38,918 nt of DNA from positions 1 to 38,918 of the forward strand of contig CAYOCZ010000001.1 of the NCBI GenBank assembly GCA_964402475.1, read 5' to 3'. The position numbers were made by a program, and so were the translations under genes. Shown piece after piece: positions 23,527 to 32,470 of this stretch; position 1 is the stretch's first letter; every line of letters begins with the position of its first letter. Under the pieces are notes generated by a model that saw only the letters and a list, made by a program, of their open reading frames with translations, searched no databases and had not been told where the DNA came from. The DNA comes from an uncultured bacterium. GTDB lineage: Bacteria; Hydrothermota; Tepidihabitantia; Tepidihabitantales; Tepidihabitantaceae.

Positions 23527-26500
23527 GTCGCTATCGCGCTGATCGCTTCGAAAATCTGGTCGTCGGTGAAACCCTTCAGGTTGACGGCGCCGCACCGGCA
23601 GGATGCCGCACAGGCCCCACACCCCTTGCACAGCGCTTCGTTCACTTCGGCAACCGTTTTTACAACCTTCGACGGCATGACCTTGTCCTTCAATTCGATT
23701 GCGGCATAGGCACAGGCTTCAACACAAACACCACAACCGGTGCATCGGTCGGGATTGACCCAGGATACGGTGCCCTCCGCCTCGATGGTCTTCTTGCTCA
23801 GCACGGCCAGGGCCCTTGCCGCCGCGGCCTTTGCCTGGGTGATTGACTCCTCGATGTTCTTCGGGGAATGAGCCAGCCCGCACATGTAGACCCCATCTGT
23901 GGCGAAGTCAACCGGCCTCAGCTTCATGTGGGCCTCAAGGAAGAATCCCTCTTTGTTCAATGGCACCTTGAGCATCTTTGCCAGGATTTCGTTCCCTTCC
24001 GGAGCATCCATCGCAGCCGAAAGCACAACAAGGTCGGCGTCAACTACGACCGTCTTGTCAAGCAGGAAATCCACCAGCTTGATTTTCAGCCTACTGTCCG
24101 GGTCGTTCGGGTCGCCGGGTTCGAGTTCGGGCTTGTGGTCCAAGTCGTATCTCTCGAATATCACTCCGAGGTCCCTCGCCTGGCCGTAATACTTCTCCGC
24201 CAGGCCATAGGTCCTCATGTCCCGGTACAGGACGTACACCTCGGTACCGGAATGCCGTTTCTTGATAAGCGTGGCGTTCTTCACCGCCTGGCCGCAGCAT
24301 ACCCGGCTGCAGTAAAGCCGTTCGCCCTCCCGGGAACCAACGCACTGGATCATAACCACGGTCTTGCATCGCGGAAGGTCGTCAATCCGTTTCTCAAGCT
24401 CAAGCTGGGTAATCACCCGGCTGTTCTTCCCGTAGAAATACTCGACCGGCCGCGATTCCCGGGCCCCGGTGGCGACAACCACAACGCCATGCTCATACTC
24501 GACCACAGATTCCGGGTCTTTATCCATTCCATGCTGCGGCCCTTGACTTTGTGTTTTTGTCTTTGTGTCAGGCTCTCCATCCCGGACTTCGGCGAGGGTT
24601 TTGAAGTGCCCGATGTAACCTTCGATGTTCCGCAGTCTGGCATTCCGGTAGACCGTGATGAGCTCATTCTCCTCCACTCTACCGATAGTCCTGCGCAGGA
24701 GTTCCACGGGGTCTGCACCGCTCAACGTGCTGTGGATGCCGGCCAGGTTGCCGCCGAGTTCGCGTTCTTTTTCCAAAAGACAGACTTCGTACCCGGCGTC
24801 GGCAATTGCCAGTGCCGCAGTCATGCCCGACAGCCCACCGCCGACGACCAGGGCCTTCGGGTTAATTTCAATCGGCAGCCTCCGAAGCGGCACCAGGTTC
24901 CTCGCTTTGGCAATGCCCATTTCCACCAAGTCTTTGACCTTGGCGGTTGCCGATTCGGGTTCGTGCATGTGCGCCCAGCTGCACTGGTCCCTGATGTTCG
25001 CCATCTCGAACAAGTACTCATTCAGACCGGCCTCTCTGAGCGTTTCCCGGAACAGCGGCTCGTGAGTCCTCGGCGTGCACGCGGCCACGAGAACCCGGTT
25101 CAGGTTGTGTTCCCGGACCCGGTCCTTAATCGTGTTCAGGCAGTCTTGGGAACAAGCGTACATGACGTCCTCGGTGCACTCGACGTTGGGCAGGGTCGCG
25201 GCGAACGCGGCAACGTCCTTGACGTCCACCACCCCGGCGATGTTGACCCCGCAGTGACACACAAACACCCCGATTCGCGGCCGCTCGCCCACAACGTCCC
25301 TTTCCGCAGGAAACGTCTTCTTCGACACCTTGTCCTGCCTTTCGAGCGCCAGCAGGCCGGCGCAGCCAGCCACCGCCCCGGAGGCGGACATCACCGATTC
25401 CGGGATGTCCTTGGGTCCGTTCGCCGCGCCGCAGGCGAAGATGCCCGGTCTCGTGGTATTGAGCGGCTCAAACGGAACCGACCGGCAGAACCCGTATTCA
25501 TCCAGCTTGACGTCGGCCTTGTCCGACAGCTCGGCCATGCTCCCGCGGGGCTCCAGGCCGACCGAAAGCACGACCAGGTCGAAAGTCTCGCTGCCCCGCC
25601 TGCCGTACTCCCCGGTGAAGTGAAGCATCAGGTTGCCGTCGTCGGCCGGCGTGACGCGGGCGACTCGCGCCCTTGTGAACTTGACGCCGAACTGCGACTG
25701 GGCCCGTTCGTAGTATTTGTCGAAGTCCTTGCCGAATGCCCTTATGTCCATGAAGAACACGGTCGGCGAGACTCCCTTGCTGTGTTCCTTTGCTATGACC
25801 GCTTCTTTGATAGCGTACATGCAGCAGACCGAGCTGCAGTAATCGTGCTTCCGTTCTATGTCCCTCGAGCCGACGCACTGAACAAAGGCAATTTTGTGCG
25901 GCTCCTTCCCGTCCGACGGTCGCACGACGTGTCCCCTCTGCGGTCCGCTTGCCGAGAGCATCCGTTCAAACTCGATGGATGTCACCACGTTCGGGTACGC
26001 CTTGTACCCGTACTGGCCGTACCCGACCGGATTGTGCGGGTCAACCCCGGTTGCCAGGACGACCGCGCCGCAATTCAGGTTCACAAACCTGTCCTCGTCC
26101 TTGAAGTTGATTGCGTCCGCCGCGCAGGCTTTCTCGCACAGCCTGCACACGCCTTTGGTGAGATACAGGCAGTGCGCCGCGTCAATGACGTAGTTCGACG
26201 GGATGCTCTGGGCGAAGTACCGGTATATCGCCTTTCGCTGCCTGAGTTCCATGTCGAACTCGTCAAGGACCTTGACCGGGCACTTCTCGGCGCAGAGCCC
26301 GCAGCCGACGCACCTGTCCGGGTCAACGTAGCGGGCGTGCTCTCTGATCCGGCACGTGAAATCGCCGGCCGCGCCTTCCACCGAAACGAGCGACGAGCAG
26401 ACGTGGAGCGTAATACCGGGATGCCGTGCGCACTCGCTCATCTTCGGCGAGAGGATGCAAATAGAACAGTCGTTGGTGGGGAACGTCTTGTCCAGTTGGG

Positions 26501-26639
26501 GCATTCTGCCGCCGATTGAAGGGGTCTCCTCCAACAGGTGGACGTCGGCCCCCATCTCCGCAAGGTCGAGTGCTGCCTGGATACCGGCTATCCCGGCGCC
26601 GACTACGAGTACCGACTTGCTGGGAATCTCCACGCTCAA
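23523..26639 (-). CDS. tandem (two-flavin) HdrA-family protein, BamE-like / fused QmoA+QmoB-like
   Basis: 1038-aa ORF with a TTG 26639 or GTG 26633 start.
- First half: [34 protein letters not shown], inserted ferredoxin CVGCGLCAEKCPV / CRLCEKACAADAI, then VQCVGSRD and YCSSVCCMYAIKEA.
- Second half: HdrA N-terminal-domain motif RIGVFVCHCGVNIAG, a second Rossmann LVVGGGLSGMTAALAIADAG, then YCSRVCCGQAVK.
- C-terminal motifs: CTGCGVCVEACAY / CKGCGACAASCRCG. Confidence 0.9.
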   Translation of the reverse strand: MSVEIPSKSVLVVGAGIAGIQAALDLAEMGADVHLLEETPSIGGRMPQLDKTFPTNDCSICILSPKMSECARHPGITLHVCSSLVSVEGAAGDFTCRIREHARYVDPDRCVGCGLCAEKCPVKVLDEFDMELRQRKAIYRYFAQSIPSNYVIDAAHCLYLTKGVCRLCEKACAADAINFKDEDRFVNLNCGAVVLATGVDPHNPVGYGQYGYKAYPNVVTSIEFERMLSASGPQRGHVVRPSDGKEPHKIAFVQCVGSRDIERKHDYCSSVCCMYAIKEAVIAKEHSKGVSPTVFFMDIRAFGKDFDKYYERAQSQFGVKFTRARVARVTPADDGNLMLHFTGEYGRRGSETFDLVVLSVGLEPRGSMAELSDKADVKLDEYGFCRSVPFEPLNTTRPGIFACGAANGPKDIPESVMSASGAVAGCAGLLALERQDKVSKKTFPAERDVVGERPRIGVFVCHCGVNIAGVVDVKDVAAFAATLPNVECTEDVMYACSQDCLNTIKDRVREHNLNRVLVAACTPRTHEPLFRETLREAGLNEYLFEMANIRDQCSWAHMHEPESATAKVKDLVEMGIAKARNLVPLRRLPIEINPKALVVGGGLSGMTAALAIADAGYEVCLLEKERELGGNLAGIHSTLSGADPVELLRRTIGRVEENELITVYRNARLRNIEGYIGHFKTLAEVRDGEPDTKTKTQSQGPQHGMDKDPESVVEYEHGVVVVATGARESRPVEYFYGKNSRVITQLELEKRIDDLPRCKTVVMIQCVGSREGERLYCSRVCCGQAVKNATLIKKRHSGTEVYVLYRDMRTYGLAEKYYGQARDLGVIFERYDLDHKPELEPGDPNDPDSRLKIKLVDFLLDKTVVVDADLVVLSAAMDAPEGNEILAKMLKVPLNKEGFFLEAHMKLRPVDFATDGVYMCGLAHSPKNIEESITQAKAAAARALAVLSKKTIEAEGTVSWVNPDRCTGCGVCVEACAYAAIELKDKVMPSKVVKTVAEVNEALCKGCGACAASCRCGAVNLKGFTDDQIFEAISAIAT

Positions 26640-27103
26640 ACTGTCATCCTCTGCTCTGAAATATCGCCGGCTATCCGCTCGGTCAGCTCTGGAATCATCG
26701 CCTCCAGCTCCGGGCCGCAGCCCTCGTGGAACGTCGTATTGTCCTTCACTTCCACGGCATAGACATCAATCTCCTCCGGTATCTCGTACCCCAGGCTCTT
26801 TCCAAGCTCAATCGCAGTCACAAGACCTGCCCCGTGCGAACACGAAGGGTCCCCCGGGCTGCCGAGGTCTCCAAGACCCAGTTCGTGCAGTGTGCCGGGA
26901 ATTCCCCCTTCTGTTTGTATCGAGTCGATTATGACAAGTTTGTCATACCCGGCAATGTAGTCCAGCAGCCGGATACCGGACAGACTCACCTCCATGACGT
27001 CCACATCGGGCAGACATCGTTTCCTGATTTCACCTGCTATCCCGAGGCCCACTCCGTCATCCGTAAGGATGGAGTTCCCGATGCCGACGATGAGGGTCTT
27101 CAT
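26636..27103 (-). CDS. NiFe-hydrogenase maturation endopeptidase (HyaD/HybD/FrhD family)
   Basis: 155-aa ORF with LIVGIGNSILTDDGVGL and a downstream SCSHGAG. There is an ATGA overlap with the mvhA stop (27100-27103) and a TTGA overlap with the next gene. Confidence 0.85.
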   Translation of the reverse strand: MKTLIVGIGNSILTDDGVGLGIAGEIRKRCLPDVDVMEVSLSGIRLLDYIAGYDKLVIIDSIQTEGGIPGTLHELGLGDLGSPGDPSCSHGAGLVTAIELGKSLGYEIPEEIDVYAVEVKDNTTFHEGCGPELEAMIPELTERIAGDISEQRMTV

Positions 27104-28563
27104 CCTCTCCGCAGCGTCTCTACGACGTCTCCTTCCGGATCTCTGATATTCACCTCAAGCGGCATCTGGCCCGGCAGGCTGTGAGTCGCGCAAGCAAGAC
27201 AGGGGTCATAGGCCCTGAAAGCCATCTCCACCATATTGAGGAGCCCGTCCGAGACATTGCCGCCCTTTATCAACGCTTTCGCCGCCCTCTCAATAGACAT
27301 ACATATCGCAGCAGAGTTATTGAGGGTGGCTACCAGCAGATTGACTTCGGTAATAATGCCTTTCCCGTTCGTCTTGTAGTGATGGTACAGCGTGCCTCGC
27401 GGTGCTTCCACCACTCCGATTCCTTCATCAGGCACTGCTGTCGGGATGGTCCTCACGTTGGGGTCGAGTATCTCCTCATCCTGGGCCAGTTCCAGAAACC
27501 TCTCCGCCGCGTAGAGCAGCTCGATAAGCCTTGCCCAGTGATAGGCGAGGGTATTGTGTACCGGCTTGCCACCCAGAACATCGTACATCTTTTCACACTC
27601 AGCCTGAGCAAGCGGGGTCGCCATTCCGTCGGACGCGTTGAGTCGGGCGAGAGGCGCTACCCTGTAGACGCCGCTGCCCTTCCCGTCGACAAAGCCCTTC
27701 CAGCCCACCGCCTTGAGATACGGGAACTTGATGTAGCTCCACGGTTCAACATGTTCCTCAATATGGTCTAGGTAGTCCTGGGCCTTGAACTTGACGAACT
27801 CCCTGCCTTCGGGGTCGACCACCCGGATGTCACCGTCGTAGAAGTTCACCTTGTTGTTCTCATCCACGAGCCCCATGTAGTAGGTCTCGTGCTTGTAGAT
27901 ATCTCCAACGATGACGTCCACATACTCCTTGTTTTTAAGCACGACGTCCTCAAAGGCCTTGAGCGCGAACCCGGCAAACTCCACCGCATCCTTGCCGGTC
28001 TGGATGTACTCCTGCCGGTCTTCCTTGGTGACTCCTCTGGATACTCCTCCGGGAAGATTGCATACCGGATGAATCACCCTGCCGCCTTGCTTCGTAATGA
28101 CGTTCCGCAGCTTCTTCCTGATGTCGATAACCTGCTTGGCAGCATCAAGGCCCACCTTCCGAATCACACCCAGAATGTTCCTGTCTGCCGCAGGTGCCTG
28201 GGGCCCGACTATGAAATCAGGTCCTCCGAGGAAAAAGAAATGGAGCGTGTGGTCTTCTGCCATGAAAGCGGAATTGATGAGCTCCCTGATTTTCCTGGCA
28301 GCCGGCGGCGGCGCCACCTTGAACAGGTCGTCAAGCGCCTTGCCCGACGCCATGTGATGAGCAGTGGGACAGACCCCGCATATCTTGGGCGTGATTCTCG
28401 CCATCTCCTCTGCCATGCGTCCCTCAGAGAACTTCTCGAATCCCCTGAGTTCAGGCACCTGGAAGTACGCCTTGCTCACGTCCCCCTTGTCATCAAGGAA
28501 TATCTCTATCTTCCCGTGACCTTCGAGCCTGGTTATCGGGTCAATCGTTATTCTCTTCGCCAT
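27100..28563 (-). CDS. mvhA: [NiFe] hydrogenase large subunit, MvhA-like (group 3c-like)
   Basis: 487-aa ORF. It has ITIDPITRLEGHGKIEI, the N-terminal Ni-Fe ligand motif ICGVCPTAHHMAS, and the C-terminal DPCLACATH. A 26-aa tail follows, consistent with protease processing. Confidence 0.92.
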   Translation of the reverse strand: MAKRITIDPITRLEGHGKIEIFLDDKGDVSKAYFQVPELRGFEKFSEGRMAEEMARITPKICGVCPTAHHMASGKALDDLFKVAPPPAARKIRELINSAFMAEDHTLHFFFLGGPDFIVGPQAPAADRNILGVIRKVGLDAAKQVIDIRKKLRNVITKQGGRVIHPVCNLPGGVSRGVTKEDRQEYIQTGKDAVEFAGFALKAFEDVVLKNKEYVDVIVGDIYKHETYYMGLVDENNKVNFYDGDIRVVDPEGREFVKFKAQDYLDHIEEHVEPWSYIKFPYLKAVGWKGFVDGKGSGVYRVAPLARLNASDGMATPLAQAECEKMYDVLGGKPVHNTLAYHWARLIELLYAAERFLELAQDEEILDPNVRTIPTAVPDEGIGVVEAPRGTLYHHYKTNGKGIITEVNLLVATLNNSAAICMSIERAAKALIKGGNVSDGLLNMVEMAFRAYDPCLACATHSLPGQMPLEVNIRDPEGDVVETLRRG

Positions 28564-28573
28564 GTTCTTTTCC

Positions 28574-29566
28574 TCACCCCATCCTCTTCCTTCTTAACAG
28601 TGACGCCGGCAGGCTGAACATGTAGAAGAGCCCGGCCGGGTCATCTACCTGGTTAACCAGGCTCTCTACCTCTTCCTCGGTCGCTTTGTCCTCATCTTCG
28701 ACCCCGAGCATCGAGCCAAGCGCGGAAATCATCTTTGCGCCCTGGTCCAGGGATCCCTTGGGCGGACCAAAACACCCTCGGCAGGGCATGTTCGCGTTGA
28801 TGCACCGCTCCCCGCACCCGGTTCTTGTCGCCGGCCCCAGGCAGATAATTCCTTCTTCAAGAAAGCACTTATTCGGGTCGGCGATGATTTCGTGAGGTCT
28901 TCTTATGGCTCTTATGCTCAGCTTATCCGGCTTGCTGTCTTTTCTCGGACAGGTGTCACACAGGGCCTTGTCAGGCGCGAGCACCGAGCCCTTGACCGGG
29001 AGTTTGCCTTCGAGGATGGCGGTGATTGCGCTCATGATGAGGTCCGGCGGCGGCGCGCAGCCGGGAAGGTAGTAATCCACGTCCACCACCTGGTCCAGGG
29101 TGCGCACCGTGTCGTGGAACTCAGGAAGCTCAAGCTCTACTCCGCCAATCACGGTCTTCTGCTGAGGATAGATGCCCTCGGGATTCCTGACCGAAGGAAC
29201 TCCCTTGTACGCCCTCTCGAAAATGGCGTCCCGGTCCCAGAAGCTCGCAAGTCCGGGAATGCCGCCGAGGTGCGAGCAACTGCCGAAAGCCACGACCAGG
29301 CCTGACTTCTTCGTCAGCAGTTTCACCATCTCTTCCTGCTCCCCGGTCCTCACCGCGCCGTTTATGAAGCTGACCGCGATTGAACCGTCTTTCATCGCCT
29401 CAACGTCCTTGCGCTTGAAGTCCAGGGCAACAGGCCAAAACACGATGTCAACCGCAGCGACGACTGTCAGGATGTCTTCGGCAAGGTCAACCACCGCTTC
29501 CTCGCAGCCCCCGCACGAAGCGCACCAGTAGAACGCAACTTTCGGTTTAGCCATAGCCGCCTCCAT
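28574..29566 (-). CDS. mvhG: [NiFe] hydrogenase small subunit, MvhG-like
   Basis: 330-aa ORF with FYWCASCGGCEEAV, AFGSCSHLGGIPG and the C-terminal Cys clusters CDTCPRK ... CLGPATRTGCGERCINANMPCRGCFGP. An alternative start is ATG 29554. Confidence 0.9.
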   Translation of the reverse strand: MEAAMAKPKVAFYWCASCGGCEEAVVDLAEDILTVVAAVDIVFWPVALDFKRKDVEAMKDGSIAVSFINGAVRTGEQEEMVKLLTKKSGLVVAFGSCSHLGGIPGLASFWDRDAIFERAYKGVPSVRNPEGIYPQQKTVIGGVELELPEFHDTVRTLDQVVDVDYYLPGCAPPPDLIMSAITAILEGKLPVKGSVLAPDKALCDTCPRKDSKPDKLSIRAIRRPHEIIADPNKCFLEEGIICLGPATRTGCGERCINANMPCRGCFGPPKGSLDQGAKMISALGSMLGVEDEDKATEEEVESLVNQVDDPAGLFYMFSLPASLLRRKRMG

Positions 29567-29968
29567 TCAAGACAAGTCCAGAGGACCCAGTTTCCGGATT
29601 GTACCCGCCATCTCGTTTGCCACTCTTGCGAATCTCTCGCCCTCACCCGCGGCAACCCAGTCCAGTTTCACCCGCTCCGGTTCGATTCCGAACTGCCCTA
29701 GGGTTTTCCTGAGCAGCGATATTCTCCGCCTGGCCTTGTAGTTGCCCTTCTTGTAGTGGCAGTCTCCAGGGTGGCATCCCAGTATCAGCACCCCGCTTGC
29801 CCCTTCTCTGAAAGCCTGGAGCACGAACTCCGGCTCCACCCGCCCGCTGCACATCACCCGAACGGTCCTGATGTTCGCCGGGCATTCCAGGTGGGCATCG
29901 CCGGCCCGGTCAGCTCCCTCGTACGAGCACCAGTTGCAGAGAAATCCGACGATTGTCGGTTCTTTCAT
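29567..29968 (-). CDS. mvhD: MvhD [2Fe-2S] subunit (copy 2, adjacent to mvhGA)
   Basis: 133-aa ORF with LCNWCSYEGADRAG, VMCSGRV and GCHPGDCHY. It has an ATGA overlap with the hdrA stop at 29965-29968 and abuts mvhG. Confidence 0.9.
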   Translation of the reverse strand: MKEPTIVGFLCNWCSYEGADRAGDAHLECPANIRTVRVMCSGRVEPEFVLQAFREGASGVLILGCHPGDCHYKKGNYKARRRISLLRKTLGQFGIEPERVKLDWVAAGEGERFARVANEMAGTIRKLGPLDLS

Positions 29969-31899
29969 TTCGCCACTCCTCTAATCTCGGCGAGTATCTG
30001 CTCTCTCGTGAACTGCCTTGCCTTGATTGCGCCGGACGGACACGCGGCCACGCAGGTCCCGCATCCTCTACAGAGCGCCTCATCCACGACCGAAGTCCCT
30101 TTCTCCTTGTCCCGGGTTATCGCGGAATACGGGCAGAGCGGGATGCACGTCCTGCACCCGGAGCACAAATCCTCATCTACGACTGCCACCATTGGTTCCA
30201 GCGCGAGCTTCTCCCCGGGTATGAGCCGGGACAGTATCCTTCCTGCGGCCGCGCCGGCCTGTGCCACCGCGTCTCCGATGTCCTTCGGCCCCTGGCAACT
30301 GCCCGCTGCGAAGACGCCCTCCAGGGCCGTGGCAAAGGGCTTCATCAAAGCGTGCTCTTCGCAGAAGAACCCGTGGTCATCTCTCGAAGTATCGAGAATC
30401 CCGGCCAGTGCCTCAATGTCAGGACTCGGCTCGACCGCGGGCGCAAGCACCACCATGTCCAGCGATACCGTCCCTGCCGGGGAGCCAGTTCCGTATTTCA
30501 CGGCCAGCTTGCCTTTCTCAGCGGCAACGGCCACGACCCCATCGCTCCTTACGAACTCGACACCCTGATCGGTAACCCTGTCATACCACTGCTGGTGTTC
30601 CTTCTTCGGGACGCAGATATCGGAGTAGAAGCAGTACAGCTTCGCGTCAGGCAGCTTCTCTCTCATCACGTGCGCGAGCTTGATTGAATACATGCAGCAT
30701 ATCCCGGAGCAGTATTCCTTCTCTTTCCTGCCGACGCAAAACACGAAAGCGATGGACTTCGGTTTCTCCCCGTTCTTCAGCAGGACCTTTCCGCCGGTCG
30801 GGCCGTTCGAAGCATTCAACCTCTCGAGCTGCAGAGCGGTCACGACATTGTCGAGCTTGCCGTATCCGTACTGAGGCAGCGCTTTCGGGTCGAAAAGCCC
30901 AGCCCCGGTGGCCAGGATGATTGCCCCGACTCTCTTCTCCACGACCTCGTCCTTATCGTCATACCTGATGGCTCCAAACGGACAGGCCTGCTCGCAGACC
31001 CGGCACTCCTCGCCCTTGAACCGCCTGCAGTTGTCCTTGTCAATGACCGGCACGTTCGGCAGAGCGCCGGCAAACGGGGTGAATATCGCCCTTCGCTTTG
31101 ACAACCCCTCGTCATACTCATTAGACACCTCTACCGGGCACGGTTCAACACACGCGCCGCACCCGATGCAGGCTTCTTCATTCACGTACCTTGCCTTCCT
31201 TCTGATTCTAACCGTGAAGTTGCCGAACGACCCGAGCGTTTCCTCTAATTCGCTGTGGGTGAAAACTTCGATGTTCTCCTTCTGAAGGACCTCCTGGAGT
31301 TCCGGCGCAATCATGCAGGGCGCGCACTCCATGGTCGGGTACACCTCTTCGAACCTCGCCGCAAGCCCGCCGATGCAGGGGTTCTTTTCCACGAGATAGA
31401 CCTTCCTTCCTTTCTGGGCAAGCGACAGGCAGGCTTCCAGCCCGGCAACTCCTCCGCCGACGACCAGGACATCGGCCCGGACCTCAATCTCCTTTCTCTC
31501 TATCGGCTCAAGCAATGGAGCTCTGTTTATCGCCGCCATGACCAAGCTCCTTGCTTTCGCGGTTGCCTGGGCCTTGTCAGGAGTCACCCAGGCGCACTGC
31601 TCCCTGATGTTGGTCATCTGCATCAAGAAAGGATTCAGCCCGGCCTCCTCACATGCCCGCATGATCTTCTGCTCGTACATCTTTGGTGTGCAGGCGGCAA
31701 CCACCACCCTCGAGAGCTTCTGCTTCTCGATTTCGGACTTGAGGAACGCCAACCCGTCCGCGGAACAGAGCAGGTTGTGGCTCTTTGCCGCTGCCACACC
31801 CTCAAGGTCCTTCACATCATTGACAATGGTATCCACATCCACCTTGCCTCCGATGTTCGGCCCGCACTTGCACACGTATACGCCGATTCTCTCAGCCAT
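29965..31899 (-). CDS. hdrA: HdrA, canonical four-domain architecture
   Basis: 644-aa ORF.
- N-terminal domain: IGVYVCKCGPNIGG.
- Rossmann: VLVVGGGVAGLEACLSLAQKG, then YPTMECAPCM.
- Inserted ferredoxin: CIGCGACVEPCPV / CRVCEQACPFGAI, then YCSGICCMYSIK.
- C-terminal ferredoxin: CSGCRTCIPLCPY / CRGCGTCVAACPSG.
- AGGGAGG lies 6 nt upstream of the ATG. Confidence 0.92.
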   Translation of the reverse strand: MAERIGVYVCKCGPNIGGKVDVDTIVNDVKDLEGVAAAKSHNLLCSADGLAFLKSEIEKQKLSRVVVAACTPKMYEQKIMRACEEAGLNPFLMQMTNIREQCAWVTPDKAQATAKARSLVMAAINRAPLLEPIERKEIEVRADVLVVGGGVAGLEACLSLAQKGRKVYLVEKNPCIGGLAARFEEVYPTMECAPCMIAPELQEVLQKENIEVFTHSELEETLGSFGNFTVRIRRKARYVNEEACIGCGACVEPCPVEVSNEYDEGLSKRRAIFTPFAGALPNVPVIDKDNCRRFKGEECRVCEQACPFGAIRYDDKDEVVEKRVGAIILATGAGLFDPKALPQYGYGKLDNVVTALQLERLNASNGPTGGKVLLKNGEKPKSIAFVFCVGRKEKEYCSGICCMYSIKLAHVMREKLPDAKLYCFYSDICVPKKEHQQWYDRVTDQGVEFVRSDGVVAVAAEKGKLAVKYGTGSPAGTVSLDMVVLAPAVEPSPDIEALAGILDTSRDDHGFFCEEHALMKPFATALEGVFAAGSCQGPKDIGDAVAQAGAAAGRILSRLIPGEKLALEPMVAVVDEDLCSGCRTCIPLCPYSAITRDKEKGTSVVDEALCRGCGTCVAACPSGAIKARQFTREQILAEIRGVAK

Positions 31900-32043
31900 T
31901 TTGCCTCCCTTTCGCCGGATTCAGGTGCCGCTGCAGTCTGTCACTCGGTGTTGTGCCATCCGCCAGCACTCTCCGTTCCGTCCCCATCTCGATGCTTGTC
32001 TGTGTCCGTCCCCGGCTTCTTCGCTCCGGTCGCAACTCGGGGC

Positions 32044-32469
32044 TCACAAGAAAACCTCCGTCCTTGCCGGGCTTGGCCCCGCCTTCACTATCGTCTCGGA
32101 GAACCCCGTGACGACCTCTTGGAATCGCCCGCCCTCGGACGCGGACACCCACGAAAGCCTGACCCGGTTTGTCTCAAGGCCCAGTTCGTTGAATACCCGC
32201 TGGGTAAGCGCAAACCGCCTTCGGGTATAGTAGTTGCCGGTCTGGTAATGACAGTCTCCCGGATGACAGCCGGCGACCAGTATCCCGTCCGCTCCGTTGA
32301 GAAACGCCTTGAGCACGAAGAGCGGGTCTACCCGGCTCGAACACATCACCCGGATTGCGACCATCGTCGCCGGCATCTTCATCCTCGATACCCCGGCAAG
32401 GTCGGCCCCGGCGTAGGAACACCAGTTGCAGAGGAAACCGACTATGGTGGGCTGGAAATCTCCTGCCAT
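32044..32469 (-). CDS. MvhD/FlxD-like [2Fe-2S] protein (copy 3)
   Basis: 141-aa ORF with LCNWCSYAGADLAG, VMCSSRV and GCHPGDCHY. It starts 1 nt after the upstream stop. Confidence 0.88.
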   Translation of the reverse strand: MAGDFQPTIVGFLCNWCSYAGADLAGVSRMKMPATMVAIRVMCSSRVDPLFVLKAFLNGADGILVAGCHPGDCHYQTGNYYTRRRFALTQRVFNELGLETNRVRLSWVSASEGGRFQEVVTGFSETIVKAGPSPARTEVFL

Positions 32470-32470
32470 G

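Noticed and set aside
23868-26519. Very long ORFs on the opposite strand or in alternative frames of well-supported genes. Examples are 883 aa at 23868..26519 (+), 511 aa at 1005..2540 (+), 411 aa at 307..1542 (-), 351 aa at 21846..22901 (+), 444 aa at 31255..32589 (+) and 293 aa at 13963..14844 (+).
   Set aside because: They are shadow ORFs typical of GC-rich DNA. Their translations are low-complexity and rich in Arg/Pro/Gly/His/Asp, with no recognisable motifs. Each lies entirely over a gene whose product has clear family signatures.
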